From NCBI GenBank assembly GCA_964016885.1, contig OZ024761.1:14384001-14448000 (forward strand): a stretch of DNA of 64,000 bases. Reading direction: 5' to 3'. The notes beneath the pieces were generated by a model. The model saw only the letters and a program-made list of their open reading frames with translations, was not told the DNA's origin and ran no database searches. The DNA is from Eledone cirrhosa. Lineage: Eukaryota. Both the position numbers and the translations under genes were made by a program. Shown here piece after piece: positions 49,827 to 64,000 of this stretch (position 1 is the first letter of the stretch; each line of letters starts with the position of its first letter).

Positions 49827-51458
49827 CGCCCTAGCATGCCTCAGTCGGATGATTGGAACAGGTAAAAGAGTATAAAAGTTCCTGACAGAATTGGTAGAGC
49901 GTTTGACAAAATGCTTTGTGGTATTTTAGTTAAGGCTTTCTACGTTCTGCATTTAAATACCGTCGAGGTCAAACTTTGACTTTCATCCTTCTGGGCTTAC
50001 TTAAAATAAAGTACCAGTTAAGTACTAGGAGAGGAGGGGGGGGTCGATATGATACATTTTTCCGTGTGTCAATGTTAGAAAGTAATATTAAGGGCCTAGA
50101 TTATTGACAAATCTAACACCTGATGGAGTCGTAGGGACACCGCAGTGACATACGACGTAGTGGCATACAGCAATTTAAACTCGCTGAAGCCCCATCCGCT
50201 CTTCAGGTTCAAACACGGCTCGTTTCTTCCAGGGAAGCAGAGAGAGAGAGAGGGGGGAAAGAGCGGAGAGAGGGCGAAAGAGCAGAGAGAGGAGAGAGAA
50301 GGGAGTGGGAGGAGAGAGTGGGGGAGAGGGAGAGAGAGAGAGAGAAGGAGAGAGAGAGAGAAATAAATAGAGAGCGATAGAGAGGAAATTAGAGAGTGAG
50401 AGAGAGAGAGAGAGAGAGAGGGGAAATATCGAAAGATCGAAGTGAACGAGGTCTTCATAACCAACTTCCCCAACTGCAAGAAATAATGGCTTCTACTTTT
50501 TGGCACAAGGCCAGCAATTACCCCAGTGCATTGCTGGTACTTTATTTTATCGACCCCGTAAGGATGAAAGGCAAAGTTAACCTCGGCGGGATTTGAACTC
50601 AGAACGTAAAGGGCCATAACTTTATGCTGCAAAGCATGGTGTCTGACGCTTCTACCGATTCTGCCAAACCAACTGCTAGAAATAATTATTTCTACTTTTG
50701 GCACAAAGCTAGCAATTACCCCAGTGCATTGCTGGTACTTTATTTTATCGACCCCGTAAGGATGAAAGGCAAAGTTAACCTCGGCGGGATTTGAACTCAG
50801 AACGTAAAGGGCCAAAACTCTATATCGCAAAGCATATTGTCCGACGCTCTACCTATACTGCCAGTCCACTGCCCTCACCACCCAAATGTTAATAATGGGT
50901 CGTCACGTATGAAATTTGTAGAAATTTGTTTGGTTTTTTTCCTATAAATTTTTACAAATTTCATACTTGACGACCCAATATTTCTTTCTGTCATTTTAAG
51001 AGAAAAAGAGGAAAGTCGAATATATCGACCCCAGTACTTGACTGGTACTTTATTTTATCAACCCCGGAAGGGGCTGAAATGGAAGAGGGCTGAAATGCGC
51101 CTAAACAACAACAATAATAGCAACAACAACAATAACAATAAGAAAGCCTCAGGGTGGACAAACAGCTCGTAAAAAATAGCAGTGAAATCACCCTTAAATT
51201 ACTTACATATTCTACTGTGTAGAAAGGAGAACGAGAGACATGAATGGCTGGGTGGGTTCAGACACGGTCAAACATTTCGGGTGCTTGTTACTATTGTTTA
51301 GTCACAGGTCAACCCTGATTGTCCTCACCTACTCTCAAAGATGCTTCAAACGCCATTTATAATAGTATATAGATACATATACATGCACACACAAACATAG
51401 CCCCCCCCCCATATATATATATATATGTAGATAGATGGATAGATAAATATACACATAT

Positions 51459-51519
<61 letters not shown>

Positions 51520-51732
51520 ATATGTAGGCTCCAGATGTAAACCGGAAGGCGACGACTGTCAAAAAGGTACTCAATACGTTAGTGATGTATAGTTATGTTC
51601 ATTTTATTATAGAAATGACTTCTACGGGACTTTCCTGATGATTTCTTACGAATGAAACAGTTCCAGTCCTGTAAAAGTCATTTCTATAATAAAATGTATA
51701 CATATATATATGTGTGCGTGCGTGAATATATA

Positions 51733-51790
<58 letters not shown>

Positions 51791-51943
51791 CATGTAGAAT
51801 GTAAATATATGCTTGTATCAAAAACGTATAAACACACACATGTATGTAGAGTTATGCATATATACAGACTTATAACGAAAACTTTCCTTCAAAATAATTC
51901 TAAAGATTAAATGATTTAAGAACTTCTATCTGTCATCTTAATT

Positions 51944-52030
<87 letters not shown>

Positions 52031-52165
52031 GGAGGTGAGTTCTATTGTAGCACAATAAAGCAATGCAAATATCGGATAAGTAGCACTCTACAGTTTGTAG
52101 GACTGGAGTATAAATAATATAAGATCAAAAGATGGTTAAAAGAGTTCTTTTAACCATCTTTTGAT

Positions 52166-52222
<57 letters not shown>

Positions 52223-52411
52223 TAAAAAACAGATTAAAAATCAGAAGATCCCGTTAAGGATGAAAGCAGCGATTCTTTGCTTAAACTTTAATCTGTTATT
52301 TTAATAAATATTTGCTCTACGGTTCTTATATATTTGATATATATTTATCCTTATCGAGCCCTCTTTGGATTTTAGTCTTCAAATTTATTATTATTACTAT
52401 ATATATATATA

Positions 52412-52464
<53 letters not shown>

Positions 52465-52638
52465 CTCTCTCTTTCATTCGAACGAAATCATCAGGAAAGC
52501 CCTTTCCTGATGATTTCCTTCGTATGAAACAGTTCTAGTCCTGTAGAAGCAAAATCTATATTAATTTTGAAATGTTTACACTCTACTAAATGTATTGACT
52601 ACCTTAATTACTGTGGTCACTCCTGATTGTACCAGGGA

Positions 52639-52707
<69 letters not shown>

Positions 52708-53025
52708 CTCTGTGTGTGTGTAAAGGGTAAACAGAAATAACAACACAAACGGTACAGTATATGGAAGGAGTATATTAGTTTCACGCTTGAAATAGAAGGG
52801 AGAGGGTCTTAACGTTTTGGACACACACATATATATATGTGTGTGTGTGTGTGTGTGTTGTAACTTTTCACCAACTTAAGCACTTGATACATTGGCCAGC
52901 CAACGCAGGCTGCAGATAGAATCTGTAGCAACAAGGGTGGTGCCCTAGCATGGCCTCAGCCGGATGGCTGGAACAGGTAAAAGAGTAAAAGAGTAATAAG
53001 TGGGAACGCGGTATCTGAGAATCAT

Positions 53026-53228
53026 CTTAAGTTTATTCAGATGTGCCGCGTATTTCGCGATTGATCAGCTCAAGGAGCGAGCCGTATCGATCGGGACCGA
53101 CTCTGGAATCAATATTAAGGAAACCAGAAGTCTGATGAGCAATTGATTCCAGAGTCGGGCTCGATATATACGGTTCGTTCCTTGAGCTGATCAATCGTGA
53201 AACGCGCGTTACACCTGAATAAACTTAA
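53026..53228. mobile_element. Diverged inverted-repeat element (family G) with a degenerate hammerhead
   Basis: CTGATGA at 53132, GAAA-CgcgcGTT at 53199-53210; stem I is weak. Confidence 0.55.
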
Positions 53229-53353
53229 TGATTAAAATCTGACACATCGTTCCTACTTATATATATATATATATATATAATATATATAAATATATTTATA
53301 TGGATATATATATATGGATATATATACGTGTATATATATATATATATATATAT

Positions 53354-53855
53354 AGATAAATCTACCAAGAGTTTACGGTAGTGTCCAATCCGTATGAAGA
53401 ACTCAATGTATTCCGGATATCATGGAAAGAAGAGATGTAATGAAAAATCACTTTCGGTGAAAGATAAACGGTATACAGAGTCAAGATAAAATATTAAACA
53501 AATAATGAATAAAACAATGAAACAGTTCCTTATATTAAACAAAAAAAGTTCATTATTTAACGATCGTTTCTAGGATATATATGTGTTAGAATTGGCATGC
53601 ATATTCAACAGATCTATGTACAAAATTATACAAAATTATTATTATTATTATTATTTCTGAAGACGGCGTATATGTGTGTTTGGTATGTATATTTAATCTT
53701 GATAGTTTGTATAATTTTGTATAATTTTGTACATAGATCTGTTGAATATGCATGCCAATTCTAACACATATATATCCTAGAAACGATCGTTAAATAATGA
53801 ACTTTTTTTGTTTAATATAAGGAACTGTTTCATTGTTTTATTCATTATTTGTTTA

Positions 53856-53864
<9 letters not shown>
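53354..53864. mobile_element. Family M element with inverted arm; hammerhead at ~53650-53798 (+) with a ~116-nt stem II region
   Basis: attattt-CTGAAGA...GAAA-CgatcGTT^aaataat. Confidence 0.7.
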
Positions 53865-53927
<63 letters not shown>

Positions 53928-54220
53928 TATATACATACAGATATATATATATACATACATATATATATATAAATATATAAATGTATGTATATATAGGTAT
54001 ATATAATTACATTACTCCTTTAATTATGGTTTTCTTTAGATAGTAAGGGAGGTTTGACTGTTATTTCTAGCACATGAAAGGCCATGAGTGCCTACCCTCA
54101 TTGACTGTGTGTTGTCAAGAAGATGGCGCCGGCCGTGGTGGTGATGGAGGTGGTGGTGGTGGTGGTATAAAGTGAAGGAGAGAGAGGGGGGGGGAGAGAA
54201 AGAGAGAAGAAAGATAGATA

Positions 54221-54230
54221 GACTTACCTC
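54221..54230 (-). other. Perfect-consensus splice donor (GAG|gtaagt), candidate end of an upstream 5'-UTR exon
   Basis: Coding exon 1 begins at an acceptor 10 nt before the ATG, so an upstream exon is expected; this donor lies in relatively non-repetitive sequence. Confidence 0.3.
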
Positions 54231-54572
54231 TTTATTATTTAATATGTAGTAACATTCACCATGTATGATATATATATAATATAAATATATATTGGGTATA
54301 TATATATATATATTGTGTGTGTTACTGTGTCGTCTGGGTAAGGATGTAAGCCTTAACTGACTGACTGATCAACAGTAACTGGGAGAGAGAGAGAGAGAGA
54401 GACAGACCGACATACAAAGAGAAAGATATACTGGTAGATAGATAGACAAATAAATAGAGAGAGCGTATGTGTGTTTGTGCATGTATGTGCTTGTGTGTGT
54501 GTGCTTGTGTATGTGTGTGTATACGGGTGTGGGAGTTGGGATTAAAAACTATGAATCAAAACTGGAAAATGC

Positions 54573-54609
<37 letters not shown>

Positions 54610-54900
54610 TTCAGTACGTGTGTGTGTGTATATATATATATGAGTGTGTTTACGTGTATGTATGTGGGTGTGGGGGGGGGGGGAGTAAGAGATTAATTCT
54701 GTGGATTCACTTTCTGTTTGTCTTTCTCTCTCTCCCTCCTTAATCTCTCGTCGACACATACACACACGGGCGCGTGCGCATACATACACATACACACACA
54801 CACACACACACGCACACTAATTGTGAAATTTATTTATAGTTTATTGAGACGTTATCAGAGTGTGTGTGTCTGTGCGTATGCGTGTGTGTGTATGTGTGTA

Positions 54901-54981
<81 letters not shown>

Positions 54982-55140
54982 GTTTACCTGGGTTCAATCG
55001 GGGGTAACCACAGTAAGTAAAGTACTCAATACAAAGCAGAGTATAAATATTTAATATAGAAATGGCTTCTACAAGACTAGACCTGTTTCATTCGGGAGTG
55101 CTCCAGAATGAAACAGTTCTAGTCCTGTTGAAGCCATTTC

Positions 55141-55189
<49 letters not shown>

Positions 55190-55392
55190 AATGGGTGTGT
55201 TTTTTTTTATTTATTGAGGCCTATATTATAGTTGCATATCTGCTATCGATTAGTCAACATGTTTTTTGCCCTCAGAAACGATCGTAATACAATGAAATAA
55301 TTAACTTTGTAAACGTTGTCGTATTTGTTTCAATGTTAATTATATATACATATATATATATATATGTGTGTATATATATACATATATATATA

Positions 55393-55622
<230 letters not shown>

Positions 55623-56010
55623 GCAGTATCGGTAGAGGGTCGGACGCCATGCTTTGACGCATAGAGTTATGGCCCTTGCCATTCTGAGTTCAAATCCCGT
55701 CGAGGTTAATTTTGCCTTTCATCCTTACGGGGTCGATAAAATAAAGTACCAGTAATGCATTGGGTAATTGCTGGCCTTGTGCCAAAAGTAGAAACAATAT
55801 ATCTATATATATATAGAGAGAGAGAGAAAAGCTTCTACAGGACTAGAACCGTTTCATTCGTGAGAAATCATCAGGAGCTTCCTGGTGATTTCTCACGAAT
55901 GAAACAGTTCTAGTCCTGTAGAAGCCTTTTCTATATTAAATATTTATGCTCTGCTTTGTATTGAGTACCTTACTTACTGTGGTTACCCCCGATTGAACCC
56001 AGGATAAACT

Positions 56011-56057
<47 letters not shown>

Positions 56058-56598
56058 GTGTGAGTCTCGAGTTCAATCAGGGGTCACAAATGACCATGGA
56101 TGGGATTTGCATCTAGAATGATCCTCTTCGATAGATATTCATAATTTATATGGCAGAATGTGTAATGTGTGTAATATGTGTGTGGAAGTTCGCCTTCAGG
56201 CTTCCTTCTACTGTTTGGTTTCTCATATAAAACTTGGGGCACACCCTTTGACACACACGGGTCACATAGTAGAAGCCGCTGGTAGAACAACCTCGTTCAT
56301 GGCGAGTAGTATAGATGAGGTGAGGTGTGAGAGGATGGGGGGGGTCTGACTGGTCATAGGGTGGTAGTGGGGGAGGGAGTAGTGGGATAGTGTGGGTGAG
56401 AGGTGAAGGGGTGGTGGGGTATGGGGGTGATAATTTGATGATTGCAGGGAGAGAGAGAGAGAGAGACATGCCTCAAACTGGTTTAACAAGGTGGATGTTA
56501 TTGTTGTCCTTGATCTCAACAACGACATCATCATCAACATCAACAACATCAACAACTACAACACATAATCTATTGAAATGAGTGTGACACACGTCACA

Positions 56599-56638
<40 letters not shown>

Positions 56639-56657
56639 GTCTGTGTGTGTGTGTATA

Positions 56658-56715
<58 letters not shown>

Positions 56716-57095
56716 AGACAAATCCAAATATGTATATACATACTTATGCATGCATACACTCGCATATAAATATAAATATGTGTGTGTGTATAAATTTCTA
56801 CACTCTATTTACGTGTATAGAATGCATGCTCATTCAATTAATATGAATATGAATATATACATATATATATATATATATAAGTATGTACACGTACATACTT
56901 ATATGTATACAGACGTACAGTAGTATGTATATATATATATATATATATATACATACATGCACACATATATATATGTACGTATGGATTCACCGAACATTTA
57001 TTATAATGTTCGGTGTGTTTGTAAACAAACATCCCGTATTAAGCCGTAGTGTCCAGCAACCATCGTTGCTCGTTTGTTCAACACTGACAAAGGAA

Positions 57096-57136
57096 CGCTG
57101 TACTAGTTTCAAGCTTATTAGCTATCGTCAGCAACG
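57096..57136 (-). ncRNA. Hammerhead ribozyme (family N, second copy)
   Basis: cgttg-CTGACGA...GAAA-CtaGTA^cagcg; stem I pairing kept despite changes on both strands relative to the 41011 copy. Confidence 0.8.
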
Positions 57137-57234
57137 TATACCTTCCTGCCAGATTGTTGAACGTATATACTTGCCTTATGCATATTAACGGCTGAGTAGC
57201 CCAATTTGCATATCGAGTGGGCTAATCGGTGTGC

Positions 57235-57270
<36 letters not shown>

Positions 57271-57454
57271 CAAAGGAATTGTGGTAAGGAACCAGATGGA
57301 CCATAACGCACCAGAGTACTCAATACTTAGGGTAGTAGAGTGGGAAATAGCCGTCCAGAAATAGCCGTCGAAACGGCTTGAGCTCTGCCGTCGGGGTCAT
57401 ACTTTTTCCTATATATATATATGGTAAAGAATGAAGAATAACATGGTCGGCTGT

Positions 57455-57532
<78 letters not shown>

Positions 57533-58102
57533 CGTTTGTGAGTGTGTATGTGTGTGTGTGTGAGTGTGTGTGAGTGTGTGTGTGACCGTATATGTGTATG
57601 TAGCAATAACCGTATGTGTGTAAAGGAAAAATATAATACAATATATATATATATATACTTTCATATCGTTTCTGTGGGAGACATTTTAGATGAAGTATCG
57701 GTGCTAATAATAAGTGGTTTCATAACCACTATCAATTAGCCACAATATTGATTTACCATGATCAATAAACATTCTGAAACGATCATAAAACAATGAACTG
57801 ATTAAGCACCAGCCTTCGCTCTTTGTTTACATTGTTCTATATATATATATATAAAGAGAAAAAGATGAAATCGAAAATGCAACTGGAGTCTTATTTAAAA
57901 AAAGATATATATATTTATTTGGTTCCTTTACCGGTTTCGCAGTTCTTCTGCTTTTCAAAAGTAGAGTTGAGATAGAGGGTATGTGGTTTTTCTCAAATCT
58001 TTATATATATGTGTATGTGTGTGTGTGTGTGTACAATAACATCCTGTTCCAATTATTACTTCAGGACTACATGGTGTTCTAACAACAGTATTAACCCTAC
58101 CA

Positions 58103-58191
<89 letters not shown>

Positions 58192-58238
58192 TTTATTAAA
58201 ATAACAGATTAAAGTTTAAGCAATTTTATTATTATTAC

Positions 58239-58316
<78 letters not shown>

Positions 58317-59105
58317 TGAATTCTATTAAATTATCTTTATAACTTTCTTTCCTAAGCGTAAGATATCTTATAATTCATATTAGTATATTTCTAGCTTTAT
58401 TTTAGTGTAAAATATCTATAGTTACAGACAGACGATTTTTTTTTCACATATAAATTTTAATTATATCTTTCGGCTCCCATAATTTTTTAACATTTTACCA
58501 CCAATATTTGAATGCTAATATTTACGTTATTCGCTCTGTATTTTCTCTCCCTGGGACTTGAAAACTTGTAAGGTCTATATTTGTATTTGATTTATTCTGG
58601 CGAGTAATTATTACTTGAATGAATATTCATTCTTGTTAGTCTCACGAATCCTTCGTAAATCCATGAAACGCTTCAATAATAATTCTTGTTAAATATTGCG
58701 TATATTTTGATTAAAACGTAAATTAAAATATAATACTAAAGCCCAGTGTGGTAATTTGGAATTAAATTCTTTGAAGTATTTTGTCAAAATCCTTGAATTC
58801 TGTGTTCACATTCCGCCATTGAGGATAACTTTTCTTTTCATAATTTCAGTGTCGATAAATAAATTACCAGTACTAGCAGAGTCGTTAGAGCGTCTGAAAA
58901 GATGCCTTGTGCTGTTTGTTTCGTCACAGTCAGTTCTACGATGAAATCCCACTGTGACCCAAATCAGATGGTAAAATTTATCCGTTCCTCAGACCAAGAC
59001 TCCGGTTAGAGGATAAGTTATTCTCTCCAGCTACTGGTCAGAACCCCGAGGAGGGTCATCGCCACTGGCATCCCATCCTTAATAAAGTGATAAAAGAAAG
59101 AACGA

Positions 59106-59173
<68 letters not shown>

Positions 59174-59425
59174 AAAGGGTAGTTATCTATTTTGATTATA
59201 CCAAAATGCAGGATTGTCAAGATTTACGTAGTTATCAAGTAACAGCTTCACTTGAGTAAAGTTTAAAATAGTTATCTATTGGTTATCTCCCTTACACGCC
59301 AACAAAAGTCTTCCGACACTGAAAATCAAAATTAAATCTACATTATACGATATCAGAAGATTTTGTGAATTATTTCGAATTATCATAAACAAATAAGGTT
59401 TTATTGATTATGCTCAGTTACGACC

Positions 59426-59470
<45 letters not shown>

Positions 59471-59556
59471 TATACAGATGTATATACACATACTTATACA
59501 AATATATACACATATACATATACATGTAAATATACAGACACACACACACACACACA

Positions 59557-59593
<37 letters not shown>

Positions 59594-60079
59594 GATATAT
59601 ATATAATTGTTTCTTCTTTTGGCACAAGGCCAGCAATTACCCTGTGCATTACTGGTACTTTATTTTATCGACCCCGTAAGGATGAAAGGCAAAGTTAACC
59701 TCGGCGGGATTCGAACTCAGAATGGCAAGGGCCGTAACTCTATACGTCAAAGCATGGCGTGCGACCCTCTACCGATACTGCCAATCCACCGCCTAATGAT
59801 ATATAATGATATATATATAATGATAAGGAACAAGGATTCAGTGTTGCATCATACTATATTTAATAACATATTACATGTGTTTCTCTATCGATCAGCTCGA
59901 ACCTGACTCTGTAATCGAAAGAAAGGTCGCCAGGGAAACATATGTGATATGTTATTAAATATGGTATGATGCAACACTGACTCCTTGTTCCTTATCATTA
60001 TAATATTATACTCTCCTCTGCGCGAGCATCGAGTGCTCAACCGGCATACCGACTTCGGACACATTTTCCTTGCAACCTT

Positions 60080-60160
<81 letters not shown>

Positions 60161-60290
60161 TCAATGGTAATATTGAGGACCGAATAAATTAAATTAACCG
60201 ATATAAAAGACACAGAGGCGAAAACCAACCAAACAGTCAGTGTGTTCTGTTATTAATTGTGGCAATATTATTACACAAATATGACCCTCC

Positions 60291-60351
<61 letters not shown>

Positions 60352-60492
60352 TATGTATATATATACATATATATATATACATATATATATATTATATATA
60401 TTATATATATATATATATATATATGTAGATAAATCTACCAAGAGTTTACGGTAGTGCCCAATCCGTATGAAGAACTCAATGTAATCCGGATA

Positions 60493-60645
60493 TCATTATT
60501 TCTGAAGACGGCATATATATGTGTTTGGTATGTATATTTAATTTTGATAGTTTGTATAATTTTGTATAATTTTGTACATAGATCTGTTGAATATGCATGC
60601 CAATTCTAACACATATATATCCTAGAAACGATCGTTAAATAATGA
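60493..60645 (+). ncRNA. Hammerhead ribozyme (family M, second copy)
   Basis: tcattattt-CTGAAGA...GAAA-CgatcGTT^aaataatga; 9-bp stem I. Confidence 0.75.
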
Positions 60646-60700
60646 ACTTTTTTTGTTTAATATAAGGAACTGTTTCATTGTTTTATTCATTATTTTTTTA

Positions 60701-60759
<59 letters not shown>

Positions 60760-60819
60760 CATACATACATATATATATATACATCATACATACATATATA
60801 TATATATATACATATATAC

Positions 60820-61266
60820 AACCGACAACGTAGCAACAAACCGATAACCCCCAACTGCAACTGCAAAGGGCCGGTGGAATGGCCACTAAACGGGGAGTGC
60901 CTCGTTAAAAATATTGTTTACCGGTGCGATGTCACAGCGGGCTAGAAAGAGTACTCCTACATAGGAGCGACATCGACTACGTTTAAGGAACGCTTGTATA
61001 ACCACAAAAGCTCCTTCAAATACAGGCCCAAACGATCCCAAGCAATACTGGCGGATTTGATCTGGAACCTCAAAGACAGAAACTTGGAATACCAGATCAA
61101 GTGGTCGGTTAAAAGACATGTTGCACAGCTCTCCAACGACAAAAACCGCTGCAGATTATGGCTGGCCGAAATGGCTGAGATCATTAAATTGAAATCGGCC
61201 ATAAACTCAATATCTGACGTAATTATAAACTGCAGACACACCAGAATGACCAACGTCTGTTCCTAG
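60820..61266 (+). mobile_element. Penelope-like element GIY-YIG endonuclease C-terminal fragment (defective)
   Basis: CNC...PLNGECLVKNIVY...(stop)...YIGATSTTFKERLYNHKSSF...IWNLK...IKW...CRL...CRH; flanked by TA-rich repeats. Confidence 0.85.
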
Positions 61267-62114
61267 ACCGTGTAAAATTTTAAGTTGTATGCCTTTTTTC
61301 TTGTGTAGATATTGTATCCTACGTATTACAGACAGTTAACTTTATAAATTCATATATATATACATATATATATAGATATATACATATATATATATATCCA
61401 TATATATACATATACATACATATATATACATACACACACACATATATATATATATATATTTACTGATTAATTTGGCAATGTTTTGGGCCATGTTCATAGT
61501 TGATGAATCTTTACTATCTTGAGAGCTTCAAGATAGTAAAGAATCATATGTACTCCACCAACATGGTAAAATAGAATATAAGGGTAAATTAGAGAACATA
61601 AAAATAAAATCTACAGGCTGAAAAGACGCAATGTTTAGACAAATCACAAAGGCAATAAACATAGATGAACTCCAACCAAAATTAAATAGAAAACATGAAT
61701 GGAATAGCAACATCATAATTACAATTAAGGACAAAATGAAAACACACACACACATAGAACAAACAACCAACAAGTAACGTGTAAATAAACAAATAAATAA
61801 ACAAATATAAACACACACAGACACCCGGGTGTAACACATGCGCAAACCGAGCACACAACACACACAAAAACAAGATGGCGTAAAACAGAACAAAGGAGAG
61901 GCACAAAAACAAAGAAAAGAATCCCCAGTCACTGAAGAGGTCACAGAATGTGTGACGAAAGAACTTTGACAATATATGAACAATCGTCTGGTTGTGGAAC
62001 CAACCAACCGGAAATTTATAAATTCCTAAATTTATAAATTTAATTTATAATAAATTGAAGTGAAAGCAACTGGTGCGTGTGTTTCTTATTGGCAACATAA
62101 ACCTCCCAAAGCAT

Positions 62115-62179
<65 letters not shown>

Positions 62180-62180
62180 C

Positions 62181-62251
<71 letters not shown>

Positions 62252-62547
62252 CATATATATATATATATATGTACATATATATACATATATATATATATAT
62301 ACTGTACATATATATATATACTTATATGAACATATATATACAAATATATATATATACATATATATATACATATATACATATACATATATACATATACATA
62401 TATATATATACATATATATATACATATATATACATATATATATACATATATATATACATACATATTCATATATATACATATACATATATATACATACATA
62501 TGTATATTTATACATACATATATATACATATACATATATAAACATAC

Positions 62548-62606
<59 letters not shown>

Positions 62607-62648
62607 TGTCTCTGTGTACTCGGTCTAGCTTATATCCTCCTAAATTGA

Positions 62649-62990
62649 CATTTTGATTTAATGCCTAACACGCTAGCATTTTTTATGAGCTGCTTCTCTT
62701 GGCACAGCATTATGAATTAAGGGGAAACTACTCTCGCTGTTAATTTTATGAGCTGCTTCACATGACATTGCATTATGTTTTAACCTTTTAGCACGCTAGT
62801 ATTTTTTATGAGTTGCTTCCCATGTGAATGCATTATGTAATTAAGGGAAAACTACTCACGCTATTAATTTTATAAGTTGCTTCCCTTGGCATTGCATTAG
62901 GTTTTAAGGGGAAATTACTCAAGCTATTAATTATATGAGTTGCTTTCCGTGACACTGCATTATGTATTCAAGGGAGTCTACTCATGCTAT
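62649..62990. repeat. Degenerate ~62-bp tandem repeat, 5-6 copies
   Basis: Recurrent cacgcta..ttttatgagttgcttc..gcattatg..taaggg..actact. Confidence 0.75.
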
Positions 62991-63394
62991 TTTCATCATT
63001 TCTAAAAATAGCAAAACAATTGATGCTTTGGATAGGGACAAACAGTAGTCGTTAGACATGCTCAACCAACCGTGACGCCTAAACCAATCAGCTTTAGTAA
63101 TCCAGTGAAACTACACACCGATTGGTCGAAATACAGTTTGCAAACTTTAGCATCCTGTAGCCGCTTTTCACTATATATGAGGCACAAAATTTACCCATCT
63201 CATTACAGTTGAAAATTTGAAAACTTGACTGTCACCGCAGAATATGAACCTGAAGATTGCGAAAGCATGAAAGTACTTGTTCAATTAACACTTAACATTT
63301 AATATTCAACCATACTATTTCATTATAATACCATTATCATTTTAAACGATTGTAAATAAAACGAGTAAATCAGACAAAGTAGAAATTCCTTCTA

Positions 63395-63491
<97 letters not shown>

Positions 63492-63564
63492 GTATATATA
63501 TATAAATATGTATATATATATATATATGTATATATATATGTATATATGTATATATATATATATG

Positions 63565-63621
<57 letters not shown>

Positions 63622-64000
63622 ATATATATATATATGTATAAATATATATATATGTATGTATATATATATATATATATGTATAAATCACCGGGAGAGATGA
63701 TCCCTTAGCCTTTGTCAAGGCAGAATTCTAGGAGAAAGAAAACTCTGATATAACACTTGCAACCCTGATGGTATCCAATGATGTTGACTTGTTCTTCTTT
63801 TTGGTAAATATCATCTTGGTTAAGAGAGTGGGACTGGCTTTCTGCAGTACCTTTGCTCACTATAAAAGCTTCACGGCAGACATTGCTTTATATCTGGAGA
63901 TCTCTCTGCACTTGTCATCATATGGTACCATGGACCCAGCACTATGTGTCAATAATTGTCACAAGTGTAGTGTTTGTACCAGAGTTTTCAAGTCGCTGGC

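Overview
AT-rich, microsatellite-laden animal DNA, most likely octopus or another cephalopod (inferred from the SINEs and repeat landscape). It carries one large minus-strand gene. I rebuilt 16 coding exons by hand (48178 to 12762; all GT-AG, all phases compatible, ~2,765 aa). The product is a class C (mGluR/CaSR-like) GPCR with a signal peptide, FIVE tandem Venus-flytrap (VFT) domains joined by short three-cysteine linkers, no complete nine-cysteine domain, and one 7TM domain. Its introns and flanks hold at least 13 unrelated short repeat families, mostly inserted in (TA)n tracts, each folding into a minimal type I hammerhead ribozyme. Many are fold-back palindromes, some have non-canonical cores (U3-A8, U4C, U4A), and many share a covarying bulged stem-loop (RCTC-hairpin-TH-GAGY) in the 3' tail. 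They look like non-autonomous Penelope-like elements, and a Penelope GIY-YIG fragment lies at ~61 kb. Also present: CRE-, Dong/R4- and Tx1-like LINE fragments, tRNA-derived SINEs, MITEs and a 63-bp minisatellite. Nearly all (YI)n ORFs in the track are microsatellite artefacts. No database search or folding program was run; all homology and structure calls are by eye.
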